64,000 nt of DNA from Mobula hypostoma. Its lineage: Eukaryota. The stretch covers positions 80,788,001-80,852,000 of the forward strand of contig NC_086108.1 of the NCBI RefSeq assembly GCF_963921235.1. The letters are read 5' to 3'. Each line of letters opens with the position of its first letter. Within the stretch, counting starts at the first letter, position 1. The translations under genes were made by a program, and so were the position numbers. Below, one piece after another: positions 1 to 11,789 of this stretch. A model generated the notes under the pieces. The model was not told the DNA's origin, searched no databases, and was given only the letters and a program-made list of their open reading frames with translations.

Positions 1-689
1 TTTTATCAGATGCTCTTAGGTCATGCTAAATGTGCATGTGACTCTGATGTTGATTTTACTTCTTGACCTTCTGAATGTGTGACATCCTGACTCAACTTGT
101 TGGTGACTCATCTTCAGTAGTTGATTTTACATACACTTCTAGGAGAAATCCGTAATCACATTTTTCTCCAATCTGTAGTCATATGTCGCTTGCTGCAGTA
201 TTTGGTCAACACAGGCGCTCCGAACTTTCCCTCCGAGTTGCACAAAATATCGTTTCATATTGGATAATTATACCATTTATCAACATCCCATTTGTCATAC
301 TTGTTCCTTGTTCTTAACACTCTCACTATCTTGTGTTACCTAACCTCCTTCCTTTTGCCTCCTCACAACAAATTCTTGAAATGAGACGTGATTTTGATTT
401 TGCTTCAACACTTGTCATATAGCTGTTGGCCATATAACACCCTTAAATATCCCAAATTATTTTCAAGCTTAACAATCATCTATGAATTGCATTTACAAGC
501 AAATATAAATTTGTCCACTACAAAGATCTTACAAAAAGCAATCAAATTCTAAACTGCTTTTGTTGGTAGAGATTTAGTGATTAATGCTGAGAAGATGAAT
601 TCTCCAAACATCTTCAGTCAATGCATGAGGGCACCTGCTACCATCTGAGTGTGGCTTCCCTAGTTTAAAGACTCTGCAAACTGAACCAT

Positions 690-812
690 TGCAATACTCA
701 CTCAGTAACAAGAATCTGCACTGGTGTGTTAGTCTGAATGCTTGAGAGATAGGTGGAAGCTTGAATCCTATCACCTTCTGGGTCAAGCGTGAGAGTACTA
801 TCACTTAGCCAA
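690..812 (-). mobile_element. Old tRNA-derived SINE head (SacSINE1/DeuSINE-like)
   Basis: tggctaagtgatagtactctcacg...cagaaggtgataggattcaagc (box A/B-like), then cagactaacacaccagtgcag...tactgagtgagtattgca. The family assignment is from memory. Confidence 0.45.
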
Positions 813-2314
813 TGGCGTTAGCAAAAAGTCAGTAAGGATGATTCCTTGGACACTAGGTATAATAAATCCATCTTGTTAAATGTAACATTTCCACCTACAA
901 TTGGAATGTGGAAACATTGAGGAGCAAAGGGAAGAGAATGCAACTGTCTAATTACAACTTCAATGATACTAATATTGAGCAAGGAGGAGCAAAGGTTCCC
1001 TGCCGTCAACATGTCAGCAGTTCAGAATAGTTTGAGAGTGAAATCAGAGGCTGCAAAATTGCGAGAAGATTGGTTTACATTGGAATTGAAACACAAACTA
1101 TAAGTTTCCAACTATCACTATGGCTTGCTGATAACCTGTAATCTATCCAGTCCTTTAACTGTTATTTACGTTCTGAGCTTCTCTCCGAAAGAATTCTGAA
1201 TATACAATGTTTCACACTAAAGAGTAGGTGCATAGTCCTAGCTGTCAATTTTTCTTCCATACCTAGATAACAAGTGGTATTCTTAGCTGTACAAAAATTG
1301 TGGTTCTAAAATCATTCTGTCTTCAGTCTACTTCAGTAGAATGACAGCACAGTTAACAGGGACAAAAAACCTGATTGATTAACCAGTTTACCACCAACCA
1401 TTCAGCATCCCCCATCCCCTATCCCCCACAACCCTCATAAATCACTATTTCCCCCAATGCAAATCATGAGCACAGAATGTGTCGTACAATCTGATTCAGA
1501 TTAGCTAACCCACTCTGTTGCCTACCTAGATTCTATACCACAGCAGGCAATCATTTGAAATTCCCCTTGAAGTTCACAACTACAGGGAACTTGCATAATT
1601 TTCACTGCTGTTTCAATTTCCTAGCTCCTTGTAGTTGAATGTGTGGAAGATTCTTGCATTCTGACTTCTGATCAGGTGACACTTTTGCAATTTTTGGTTA
1701 AAACTGTGAAGAATTTAAGGATCAAGAACATCTCCATATACTGTACATTTACATGTATTAGACAAAAATTGGGAGCGTGTGGCTCTAGGATCTGAACTGA
1801 ATTCACACCTTGCACACAGAGGTGTAGAATTAAGACAGAAAAAATATGGTGATCATAGAGTGATTCACTCTGCGCCACTATAATACTCTTTCAAAGATGA
1901 CTCAAGAATGCTGTTGGCAGACATTTATAAACACATTCCTTTCAAACAGAGAATAAAGTACATTCTGGGCTTGAATTTTTTGAGTTTTACCAAAGAAAAC
2001 TAGAGAAATACTCGGAAATGTCCATTTATCAAAAAAATCTTTGTTACTTGCTTTTTCACAATAAAACTCTGCAATGGCAAAAGATTTGACAACATCAGTC
2101 ATACATTCAGCTTTTCAAATTTAGGTTTTGTATATGGCTTATTAACCAATTTTATTTGTTTGTTAGTACCTAGTTGAATCATAGTCAGTGAATTGGGGTG
2201 TAACAAAAACCCAGATTAATGAAAATATGGATGTAAATGGCTACTTTGCCTGTTAAATTATTGTCATTGCTAATTTACTGCCCAATTATCATCAAAACAA
2301 AAACATACCCAGAG

Positions 2315-2415
2315 AAGCACACACAAAATGCCAGAGGAACTCAGCAGGTCAGAGAGCACCTATGCAAATGAATAAACAGTCAACGTTTCGAGTTGAGACC
2401 CTTCTCAGGACTGGT
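2315..2415 (-). mobile_element. Penelope-terminus (pLTR-like) fragment
   Basis: Homologous to 8370-8470; carries a decayed hammerhead core. Confidence 0.7.
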
Positions 2416-2446
2416 AAGTGAGGGGGAAATCAAAAGACAATACACA

Positions 2447-3009
2447 CACTCAGTGGCCACTTTATTAGGTACACTTGTACACCGGCTTGCTAATCACCCA
2501 ACCATGTGGCAGCAACTCAATGCATAAAAGCATGCAGACTTGGTCAAGAGGTTCAGTTGTCATTCAGACAAACATCAGAATGGGGGAAAATATGTGAATC
2601 TAAGTGACTTTCACCGTGGAACGATTGCCGGTGTAAGACAAGTTGGTTTAAGTATCTCGGAAACTGCTCATCTCCAGGGATTTTCATGGACAATAGTCTC
2701 GAGAGTTTACAGATAATGGAGCAAAAAAAATAAATAAAAAAGAATATTCAGTGGGCAGCAATTCTGTGGGCAGAAACACCTTGATAATGAAAGATGTCAG
2801 ACAAGAATGGCCAGACTGGTTCAAGCTGACAAGAAGGTGACAGTAACTCAAATAACCATGTGTTACAACAGTAGTGTGCAAAGCATTTCTGGATGCACAA
2901 CAGGTTGAACTTTGAAGTGAATGGGCTACGACAGCAGACAATGGCAAATATACACTCATTGGCTGCTTTATTAGATATAGGAGGTACCTAATAAAGTGGC
3001 CACTGTGTA
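2447..3009 (+). mobile_element. Tc1-type non-autonomous DNA transposon
   Basis: Perfect 22-bp TIR CAGTGGCCACTTTATTAGGTAC at 2451-2472 and inverted at 2984-3005. Internal TIR copy ~2951-2975. Decayed Tc1 transposase N-terminus (LSDF.RG.I.G.R..GLSISETA.L.GFS..., QFCGQK.L...RMARLVQAD.KVTVTQIT). Confidence 0.85.
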
Positions 3010-3244
3010 TATGCCTAAACATTTTATCAACCAAAGATACCTAATCTTGTTAAATTCTGTCAGTGTCTGAATGAACACACCTAAATTGCACTAAAAATTT
3101 AAAAAAAGAGAGAAAATATTGTCCTATTTTTGTTGCATGAAACAGGATCTTAAAGATTTTTTTAAAAAAGGAACAGGGCTAGAATCATTTAGATGAATGA
3201 AAGTTTATTTATGTTTTATCCTCCAGGTCAACATACTCTTCAAT

Positions 3245-3946
3245 ATGACAACTAAGCACATGCCTTTATCTCAAGAAACCTTAGCTAAATTCAATCAAAC
3301 TCTGACTGAAGATGGTTTGGAACCACGGCCTCGTGCAACCTCTATTTCTACCCGTAGAAGTTCTCAGACAATGGATATTCACGCTGGCAAACATTATCCA
3401 CATTTGAAGAATGCAGAAGGAAGAGCACATATGTCGTCCAGAAAGAGCTCCGTTATAAGCAATGTGAATATACCATTTTCTCGTAAAGGCTCTTTGCTGC
3501 TGGGCAAAAGGCACTCCATGAGCTGGATGACCTCTGGTCAAGTCAGTTTCTCTGGACTGCCTCTGTACCAACCTATCAGAGAAGTAAGCTACGAAAACAC
3601 ATACAAAGTTCAACCAGATGAAGGCTGCAAGTTTAATGCCACCAAAGTCCAAAAGATCTTGGAGGCCATTCTTCCAAGCTACCTGGCTGACAATAAATAC
3701 AATCCTGTAACATCTGTGCAGCTGGTGCAGAGTTTAACAGACCACATCAGATTGAAGGTGAAGGATATCAATGCCCCTAGATATAAGCTGGTATGCAATG
3801 TGGTGCTGGGCCAACTCAATGACCAGGGAATGCAAATTGTCAGTCGTTGTCTGTGGGATACATCGACTGACAATTATGCGACAGCCACTTTCAAAAACTC
3901 CTCACTTTTTGCTGTTGCAACTGTATATGGCTTATACTTTGAATAA
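3245..3946 (+). CDS. DYNLT4: Dynein light chain Tctex-type 4 (TCTEX1D4), single coding exon, 233 aa
   Basis: C-terminal Tctex-1 domain (YENTYK..P...F; PRYKLVCNVVLGQ; SRCLWDTSTDNYATATFKNSSLFAVATVYGLYFE) plus a Ser/Arg-rich N-terminal extension with VSFSGLP. A splice acceptor (tttatcctccag, AG at 3225-3226) precedes ATG 3245, so the ORF-track start at 3197 is probably intronic. Tail-to-tail with PLK3, as in human. Confidence 0.9.
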   Translation: MTTKHMPLSQETLAKFNQTLTEDGLEPRPRATSISTRRSSQTMDIHAGKHYPHLKNAEGRAHMSSRKSSVISNVNIPFSRKGSLLLGKRHSMSWMTSGQVSFSGLPLYQPIREVSYENTYKVQPDEGCKFNATKVQKILEAILPSYLADNKYNPVTSVQLVQSLTDHIRLKVKDINAPRYKLVCNVVLGQLNDQGMQIVSRCLWDTSTDNYATATFKNSSLFAVATVYGLYFE

Positions 3947-5332
3947 CTAATTTATCTGAATGTACAATCATGCCTAAAAGAATATTTACAGAGTGATTTA
4001 CTCAGTCAGATAAAACATAATCCTATAGCTGAAAATCAGTATTTAATTTTTAATTTAATTATTTCCATATTAAATATTACTTATGATAGTTGCTTTGTTA
4101 TGCAGAAATCACTAGAAGAGGACAGTCATGTAGAGGCTCCATTTGACAGATGATATATACAACACTATTAGAACTCACCCATTACTCAACACTTCCCCTG
4201 AAGAAACAAAGGTGGAAGATTTAGAAGAGAACTTATCCTACATATCTTGAGTTGTTTCCAAGCCCAAGAATGACAATGAGGTAAACCTGAAAACAAATTG
4301 CCAAATCCTTCCTTGGACGGAAAATGTTTAGTTATCGAGGGAGGGGCGACTTAGTTGGTGCATAGGCACCTGTGCATAATTCCTTGCAACTTAATTCGTA
4401 TTTTATCATTTGCTCATGACAATCAAATTCTTAGACGCACTAGACGCTATGGCCAAAAATTAATTCAGTTTTTGTTAAAAGCCAAAGAAACAAGCAAGTA
4501 ACCTTATTTTGACATTTACAAAATCAAGATACAATTATCAATCACTAGAAAATAGTCACTGGCTTAAGGTAACTTTTTCTCCATTTTCTCATTTCTTGCA
4601 ATAGATTAATCTTTTGATAGGTTATTTTTGGCACTTTCATTTAGGTTGACATAATGGAAGCCTAACTTTCCAGCCTTGCTGCTCTCTTTGCCAACATACT
4701 GCTTATTTTCCCGAAGCATTTTAATGGAGGAGTTCCACCATACAATCTCCCAGTTAACTTACAGATGCTTTGCCTTCTAATTTTCAGTATCTTTGCTTAC
4801 ACGTGATGATAAGCAAAATACCAAGGGTGAGTGATTGATATAAATATTTAGTCCCAAACACTAGAAATGTTCATATTTTGCTAAATGTACCTGTAAGTCT
4901 ACTAAATGCTAGACTAGACTTCAATAGTGAAATTATGAGGAAAGGGCACAAACTAGTTAGTAGTTGCTAGAATTTAAAAAAAAAGCTTATGGTGACATTT
5001 GGTTGAAGTATGCAAAATTTTAAGGGGGTCTGATTGGGAGATGGATAGTCAAAAACTATTTCTACTGGTTAGGAAGTGTTGAACTGAGGAGCACGTAATG
5101 AAATATGTTCATCCATCAACTCATGCAATCCAATAAGTAGCCTTAAGGATTGGTGGGATTTGACTTTAGATCTTTTAATTATTATACCTATATTTTAATT
5201 ACATAATATACATTTAGTGTATAGAGAAAGTTTGGTTCCAGAATTTAATGATTAATAATAAAGAAAGAATTAGAGATTGCATGACGATGGTGTATAAACA
5301 AACATATCTACTGTGTTTACTGATGCTGTGTT

Positions 5333-5338
5333 AATAAA
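5333..5338 (+). terminator. Probable DYNLT4 polyadenylation signal AATAAA
   Basis: AATAAA followed by a GT/T-rich tract (gtttttttctgtgtttct). A second AATAAA lies at 5257-5262. Confidence 0.5.
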
Positions 5339-6269
5339 GGGTTTTTTTCTGTGTTTCTATTTATTGTATATTTCCAAACCCTTCTGCTACATTTTGCCAC
5401 CATATTATGCCTGATGAAAAGTCTAAGTGTTCACTCATTGCAAACAGACAACTTCAAATCAGCAGTATTTTCAGTAATGAAAACTTATCACTGTGCTGAG
5501 TATCTGAAGTCTTTTGTTCAGAAAGACCTATTTAGAGGTCGTGGACATCAAGTTCCTACATGTGCAGAAATTGGGAGCAACTGTATCTTAACACATTCAG
5601 CTGGTTAGCCCCACTCCTCTGGTTGGGTGCTGGATAACTAGCAAGTTCAGCTATGACAATCACTGCTTGCCCATTGAGGACAAAACAGGATTATAGGAAC
5701 ATGAGGTCAGTCTATTCACATATCTGCTCTTTCATTACATTAGATCTTGACTAACCTATAGCTGGAATTTACTTAAACACCCTGCATCACAGTGAACAAA
5801 AAAACATACCATAGAATTGTTGTGTACAATAACCTCTTCAATACTCTGACATGCAAAAGAGCAGCTTCACCAGATTTATGATGCCACACTGCTGCAGAGT
5901 TAAGATGGACAGTGAACTCCATTTATGTGGGTACATGTGTCCAACTAAAGCTTTCAAGGAATGAATATTTTACACATAATAGTTGATAAGTTGCTTAATC
6001 TGAGAGCTTTCCTGTCAAGCTATATTGGAGTTCAAATTATTACCATATTATCATATGTGAGAGTGTATGTTTTCACATGAGAGTTTGCTTTATGAGACCC
6101 ATGAGTAATCTGTTGGGTTGTTAATGATTGAAATAAGTGAATCAAATAGGTTAACTTTATAATGAAAAAAATGGGAGAAAAGAATCACAGAAATTAATGG
6201 CACAGATGGAAATATTTTACCAATTGTGTCCACACCAACTAAAAATTCCACTTCCCACCTCTTAGAATA

Positions 6270-6560
6270 GATTAGATTGGATTAACTTTATTTGTAATAT
6301 GTACATCAAAACATAGAGTGAAATATATTGATTGAGTCAAGGTGAGTACAGTCCAAGATATGCTGACGGAAGCCCAATGTGCCACCATGCTTCTGACGCC
6401 AACATAGCATGCCACAACTTACTAAGCCTAAAGTACATCTTTGGAATGTGGGGGGAAACCCACAAAGTCAAAAGGGGAAAGTACAAACTCCTTATAGCCA
6501 GTGGTGGAATTGAACCCGGGTCACTGGCACTGTAGTACCACTCTGACACCATGCACTGTA
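6270..6560 (-). mobile_element. tRNA-derived SINE
   Basis: Box-B-like cccgggttcaattcc; body shared with the copies at 7370-7680 and 39575-39820. Confidence 0.65.
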
Positions 6561-7367
6561 GTATATGGCTCCTCAAGTGTTGTTCCAGGAACATTTTAGA
6601 TATGGTGACCATTTCTGCCCATCACCTTTTTCAGGTAGAGTTCCAGAGCCCCAGCAATCAGCGAAATTGTTTTAGCAACCCCTTTCGAAACTTTCTGCTA
6701 ACTGACAATAAAATGTTTTGGGAAAATAAGCAGTATGTTGGCAAGGAGAACAGCAAGACTGGAAAATTATGCTTCCATTATGTCAGCCCAAATGAAAGTG
6801 CCAAAAATAACCTATCAAAAGATTAATCAATACCCACTAATCTCTGATCTCTCTGCAAATGGAGACAGATCCTATCTGTTTGTGCTGTTTAGGTATTCTC
6901 ATTTAAATCTCCCCTCAGTCTCCATTGTTCCAAAAACAACAATTGCCTTGTCAGTTTTCCTGGTAATTATAATTCTTCATCCAAGATAGCAGCTTCAGAG
7001 TCTCCTCTCTGCATTATACATCCTTCTGTAATAGGAATCAAACTCTGGAGATCCCAGAATGGAGCAGAGTAAATATAAAATTCAATTCGATAATTCATAA
7101 AGAATGTGTGTAAAATTTGGCATGTTTGAATCACTTTATTTCAACACTTTTCCTATTTAGTTTTGTTTGAGAGATCTGGAGGCTTGGCAAGTATTCAGTG
7201 TGAGTGTAGGCAAGAGGACATTTTATAGATAGATATTATGCTTCTCACAGCTTTAATTGTTGTAATTATTCTAAACACGGGTCAACGTTTATCTCCCTGA
7301 TACGAACTAGTCTGTAGGTTCCAGAGGATATCCATTGAAGGTGAGATGAAAGTCGAAGGGAAAGTGG

Positions 7368-7682
7368 TCAGCACGGTAGCCTAGCAGTTGGCGCAGTCAT
7401 TTGACCATGGCAGAGATCAGCAGTTGGGGTTTGATTTCCGCCGCTCTCTGTAAAGTGTTTGTATGCTCTCCCCTTGACCCGCACAGGTTTTCTCCAAGTG
7501 CTCCGGTTTCCTCCCACATTCCAAAGACATACAGTTAGGGTTAGTGAGTTGTGGGTAAGCTACGTTGGTGCCAGAAGCATAGTGACACTTGCCGGCTGCC
7601 CCCAGCAGAGTGTGTCACAAAATGACGCATTTCACTGATGTTTCGATGTACTTGTGACAAATAAAGATGATCTAATCTAAAG
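7368..7682 (+). mobile_element. tRNA-derived SINE
   Basis: gcacggtagcctagcagttggcgc...ggggtttgatttcc...ctccggtttcctcccacattccaaagac...gtgacaaataaag. Confidence 0.7.
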
Positions 7683-8338
7683 ATGTCAGAGCAGGGATTT
7701 TATACAAATTGGCGGGTGCCTGGAATGTATTACCTAGGCTTTTGGAGATGCTGATGCAATGGGAACATCTTGAAGATTCTTAGATAAGCACATTGATGTA
7801 AGAAAAATGGAGCACTATGTGCTGTAGAGGAGGGAAGAGCTTCATTGGTTGTGGAATAGGTTTATATAGGTCAGCATACAATCATGGGCTGTACTGTTCT
7901 ACATTCTATGGTAAACTTAGAAGTCATCTTATATATGGATCTTCACACAAACAAAACATTAGTCAATAATTTGATTAGTGGGATTAGGATGAAGGACAAT
8001 TTTTCATCCATAACAAACTTGGAGGTCAATGAACACTTTCTGTGCTCTAAATTGATATTTGTATAGTTTTACCCTCTACTTAATTAATTGTTCTAAAGGT
8101 GGACCATCATCGTACTAATGTACTGTTGCTTTGTTGTGTCTAATCCTGAAATTTCAGTGTTGCCTTCCCTCCCAAAGTCTGACTTTAGCCCAGAGGCCTA
8201 GTTGAAAAACAGGCAAACAGAACAGTCACAAAGGGAAAGGGCATTTCAAATCAGCATCCATAATATTTGATTCAAAGTGGTAGAGAATCTTTGTCACTTA
8301 AATATTATAATAGCAAGAAAAATGATAGGAATGTAAAC

Positions 8339-9427
8339 AACAGGAATTCTGCAGATGCTGGAAATTCAAGCAACACACATCAAAGTTGCTGGTGAACGCA
8401 GCAGGCCAAGCAGCATCTATAGGAAGAGGCGCAGTCGACGTTTCAGGCCGAGACCCTTCGTCAGGACTAACTGAAGGAAGAGTGAGTAAGGGATTTGAAA
8501 GCTGGAGGGGGAGGGGGAGATGCAAAATGATAGGAGAAGACAGGAGGGGGAGGGATAGAGCCAAGAGCTGGACAGGTGATAGGCAAAAGGGGATACGAGA
8601 GAATCATGGGACAGGAGGTCCGGGAAGAAAGACGGGGGGGGGGTGACCCAGAGGATGGGCAAGAGGTATATTCAGAGGGACAGAGGGAGAAAAAGGAGAG
8701 TGAGAGAAAGAATGTGTGCATAAAAATGAGTAACAGATGGGGTACGAGGGGGAGGTGGGGCCTAGCGGAAGTTAGAGAAGTCAATGTTCATGCCATCAGG
8801 TTGGAGGCTACCCAGACGGAATATAAGGTGTTGTTCCTCCAACCTGAGTGTGGCTTCATCTTTACAGTAGAGGAGGCCGTGGATAGACATGTCAGAATGG
8901 GAATGGGATGTGGAATTAAAATGTGTGGCCACTGGGAGATCCTGCTTTCTCTGGCGGACAGAGCGTAGATGTTCAGCAAAGCGGTCTCCCAGTCTGCGTC
9001 GGGTCTCACCAATATATAAAAGGCCACATCGGGAGCACCGGACGCAGTATATCACCCCAGTCGACTCACAGGTGAAGTGATGCCTCACCTGGAAGGACTG
9101 TTTGGGGCCCTGAATGGTGGTAAGGGAGGAAGTGTAAGGGCATGTGTAGCACTTGTTCCGCTTACACGGATAAGTGCCAGGAGGGAGATCAGTGGGGAGG
9201 GATGGGGGGGACGAATGGACAAGGGAGTTGTGTAGGGAGCGATCCCTGCGGAATGCAGAGGGGGGGGGAGGGAAAGATGTGCTTAGTGGTGGGATCCCGT
9301 TGGAGGTGGCGGAAGTTACGGAGAATAATATGTTGGACCCGGAGGCTGGTGGGGTGGTAGGTGAGGACCAGGGGAACCCTATTCCTAGTGGGGTGGTGGG
9401 AGGATGGAGTGAGAGCAGATGTACGTG
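8339..9427 (-). mobile_element. Young 5'-truncated Penelope-like element (GIY-YIG endonuclease end + pLTR)
   Basis: The ORF to stop 8762 encodes a GIY-YIG domain (GVIYCVRCSRCGLLYIGETRRRLGDRFAEH) preceded by a Cys motif (PCKRNKCYTC). Flanked by a perfect 18-bp direct repeat AATGATAGGAATGTAAAC (8321-8338, 9428-9445). Confidence 0.9.
8433..8468 (-). ncRNA. Minimal type-I hammerhead ribozyme in the Penelope terminus
   Basis: Minus strand: AGUC-CUGACGA-AGGGUCUCGGCCU-GAAAC-GUC-GACU. Stem I AGUC/GACU, complete catalytic core, stem II, palindromic ACGU stem III, GUC cleavage triplet. Confidence 0.75.
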
Positions 9428-10868
9428 AATGATAGGAATGTAAACTCTCTTCAGCATCTGTGAAGAGAGCAAAAACTAAATATAGTTCCTTTCATGATCT
9501 TTGGTGATACTCTAGCTCTCTGGTTTGTATTCACATAGAAATTACATCAATATTTACATAGTTGCTAAATGATCCTAACGGTGGAAACTTGCACTTACAC
9601 ATTCAGTGAGGTTTTCAGGTCAGCAATGCCCCAGATGATAATAAATTAGCACAATGTAGTACCACTAACTTTTATCATGTTGTATTTTATCACAATTCAT
9701 AGTATTTGAATTGAACTTTAAATAATTTTGCAATTCAGTCTAGTAATTCATTGCATTTATGTTTGAGCAGCTTCAAGATTTATGACATCGTGCCTTGATC
9801 AATTTGAATGAGGGATGGAGTTCAGTCTGACTCTCCTAAACTATGAAATAAAAGAAAGAAGAGCAGCATTTTTTATGAGCAACTAGTTAGGCCATTCAAT
9901 TTGAAAATAGCAGAAAAGTAAACTATGTTATTCAGACCAAACTATTGCAGAGTGTAAAATACAGATAACACATGCCCTTTGGTAGTAAATACAAAGTAAA
10001 ACAAACTCAGGTATCTGGTGTGTGAATATAAAGCAACTTCAAGAATACACATTACCATAATGTCCAAGGATATTATGAAACTTTCCTTTCTAAATCATAG
10101 CTAGAAAATTGGAATGTACTTCAACGATAAAGCATACAGCACGGTACAAAAGCAAAGATATAATGCTCAAGCTTTATACTGTTAATTAGACTATGGAGTA
10201 TTATGTCTGGTTTGGACATGAGGAGGGGATTAAAATGAGATTAACACAGGATTCACATAATTGGTGGTTGATTGTCAATGTGGATTCTGTGAGCTGAAGG
10301 ATCCATTATCGTGCTGTATGCCTCTATTTTAGGATCATGTGGCCTGACAATTGTATCATATCTAAGGAATGCAGGAACTCCACGGTACGTGGGAAGACTG
10401 GATAAACTGGCTTGGCTTTAACTGCTGTAAAATAAAGAATGATTTAGCAGTTGTACTAAAACATTGGAGGAGGCGAGGGTGATGAAAGGATATGTAGAGA
10501 AGCAGGATCTTGAACTATCCATATAGCATTGAATGATGAAGGCTTCTCCAAGGTCAATGACAGAAAAAAAAATTATACCCAGAAAATTAAGAAAACAACC
10601 TGGGGCAAAAACACTAAAAGAAATGAAGCAAGTTGCTGAGATCTTGTATGCATTTACACTAGTTTTGCTTGAACCAGCACGGATAACTTCAGAAACCTCA
10701 CTGAATTAACTTCGCGGCCTATGGGCTAATTTTCAAGGACTCTGCAACTCGTTCTCAGTATTATTTATTTTCCATTTCTATTATTTGCATGATATGACTT
10801 CTTTTGTCCATTGGCTGTTCGTCAGTCTTTATTATTTATAGTTTCCATAAGTTATATTATATTTCTTG

Positions 10869-11750
10869 CCCGGAGAGACGGCATCCGGGGCAGAACGGGC
10901 TGGCAACCCAATCTGTGTCCTCTGAGAGGAGGACCCCCACAAAAGCTACAATGAATCTAAGGGAAAGATACCCCCAGGGGTGCCCGAGAGGGGGGGAGGA
11001 TGTGCACCCCAGTCAGATGGACACAACGACATCAGACCCAGGCAATGAACAAACGACGATGAGGAAGCAGTGTGCATGTGGCAAAATCTGCATGAACGAT
11101 CGCGGCTTGAAGATCCACCAAGCGAGGATGAAGTGTTTGGCAGGAACAGGAGCAGCACAACGCGCAGTTGTCCAACCTGGTGAGACGAAGGAGGGGCCAG
11201 GCCCGGAGTCACCCCATAGTGCCCAGAACCTCCAAGTGTTGCAAACTAATCCCTCTAACATGAAGTCTAACAGGAGGCAGATCAAATGGCCTGCAGCTAA
11301 CATGACTTCACTGTGGAAGCAGTTTGATGAAGATGTTAACCAAATTCTGGAGGCAATGGCGAAGGGAGGGGTTGATAGGAAGCTGCAAGCCATGACAACA
11401 ATTATTGTCAGTATCGCAGCTGAACGGTTCCCAGTGGAGATTAGTTGTCGGGGATTCGTAGCCCGTTCCTTAGTTAGAGCCTTCAGCATTTTGGACATCG
11501 AGGGAGAGAGGAAGAGGAGAGGAAGAGGAGAGCCATCCGCAGTACCACCGATGCGGCAGAGAGGGCCTCAAGATGGCTGTGGCTCAAAAGAGGGGAGCCA
11601 TGGAGTCATAAGTAGCTAGCCATCTGGACATAAGCTGGGGTCTGGTCAGCCCTGGCTGGGTCACCTGGGGGAGGTTGTATAATGTTGAAAGACCCGAAAC
11701 ACCCGATGATTCCAGGAACATCACTGAAGATGTGTCCAGAAGCATCAATA
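10869..11750 (+). mobile_element. Internally deleted HERO-like (restriction-like endonuclease clade) non-LTR retroelement
   Basis: N-terminal zinc finger (CACGKICMNDRGLKIHQARMKC) and RRQIKWP/W..FDED motifs are joined directly to the C-terminal PVEISCRGF motif; AERASRWLWLKR follows in a shifted frame. No RT domain. Boundaries are approximate. Confidence 0.7.
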
Positions 11751-11789
11751 CATGTATGTACACAGCAGTATTTTAGTTTTACATTAGTG

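Noticed and set aside
3197..3244. Longer 249-aa DYNLT4 ORF starting at ATG 3197
   Set aside because: The extension overlaps a pyrimidine tract and AG acceptor at 3225-3226 and is probably intronic; ATG 3245 is preferred.
11664..11735. GAAAC and CTGAAGA motifs in the HERO-like 3'UTR as another hammerhead
   Set aside because: I could not build the three stems and NUH site in this copy; it is probably a plain 3' stem-loop.
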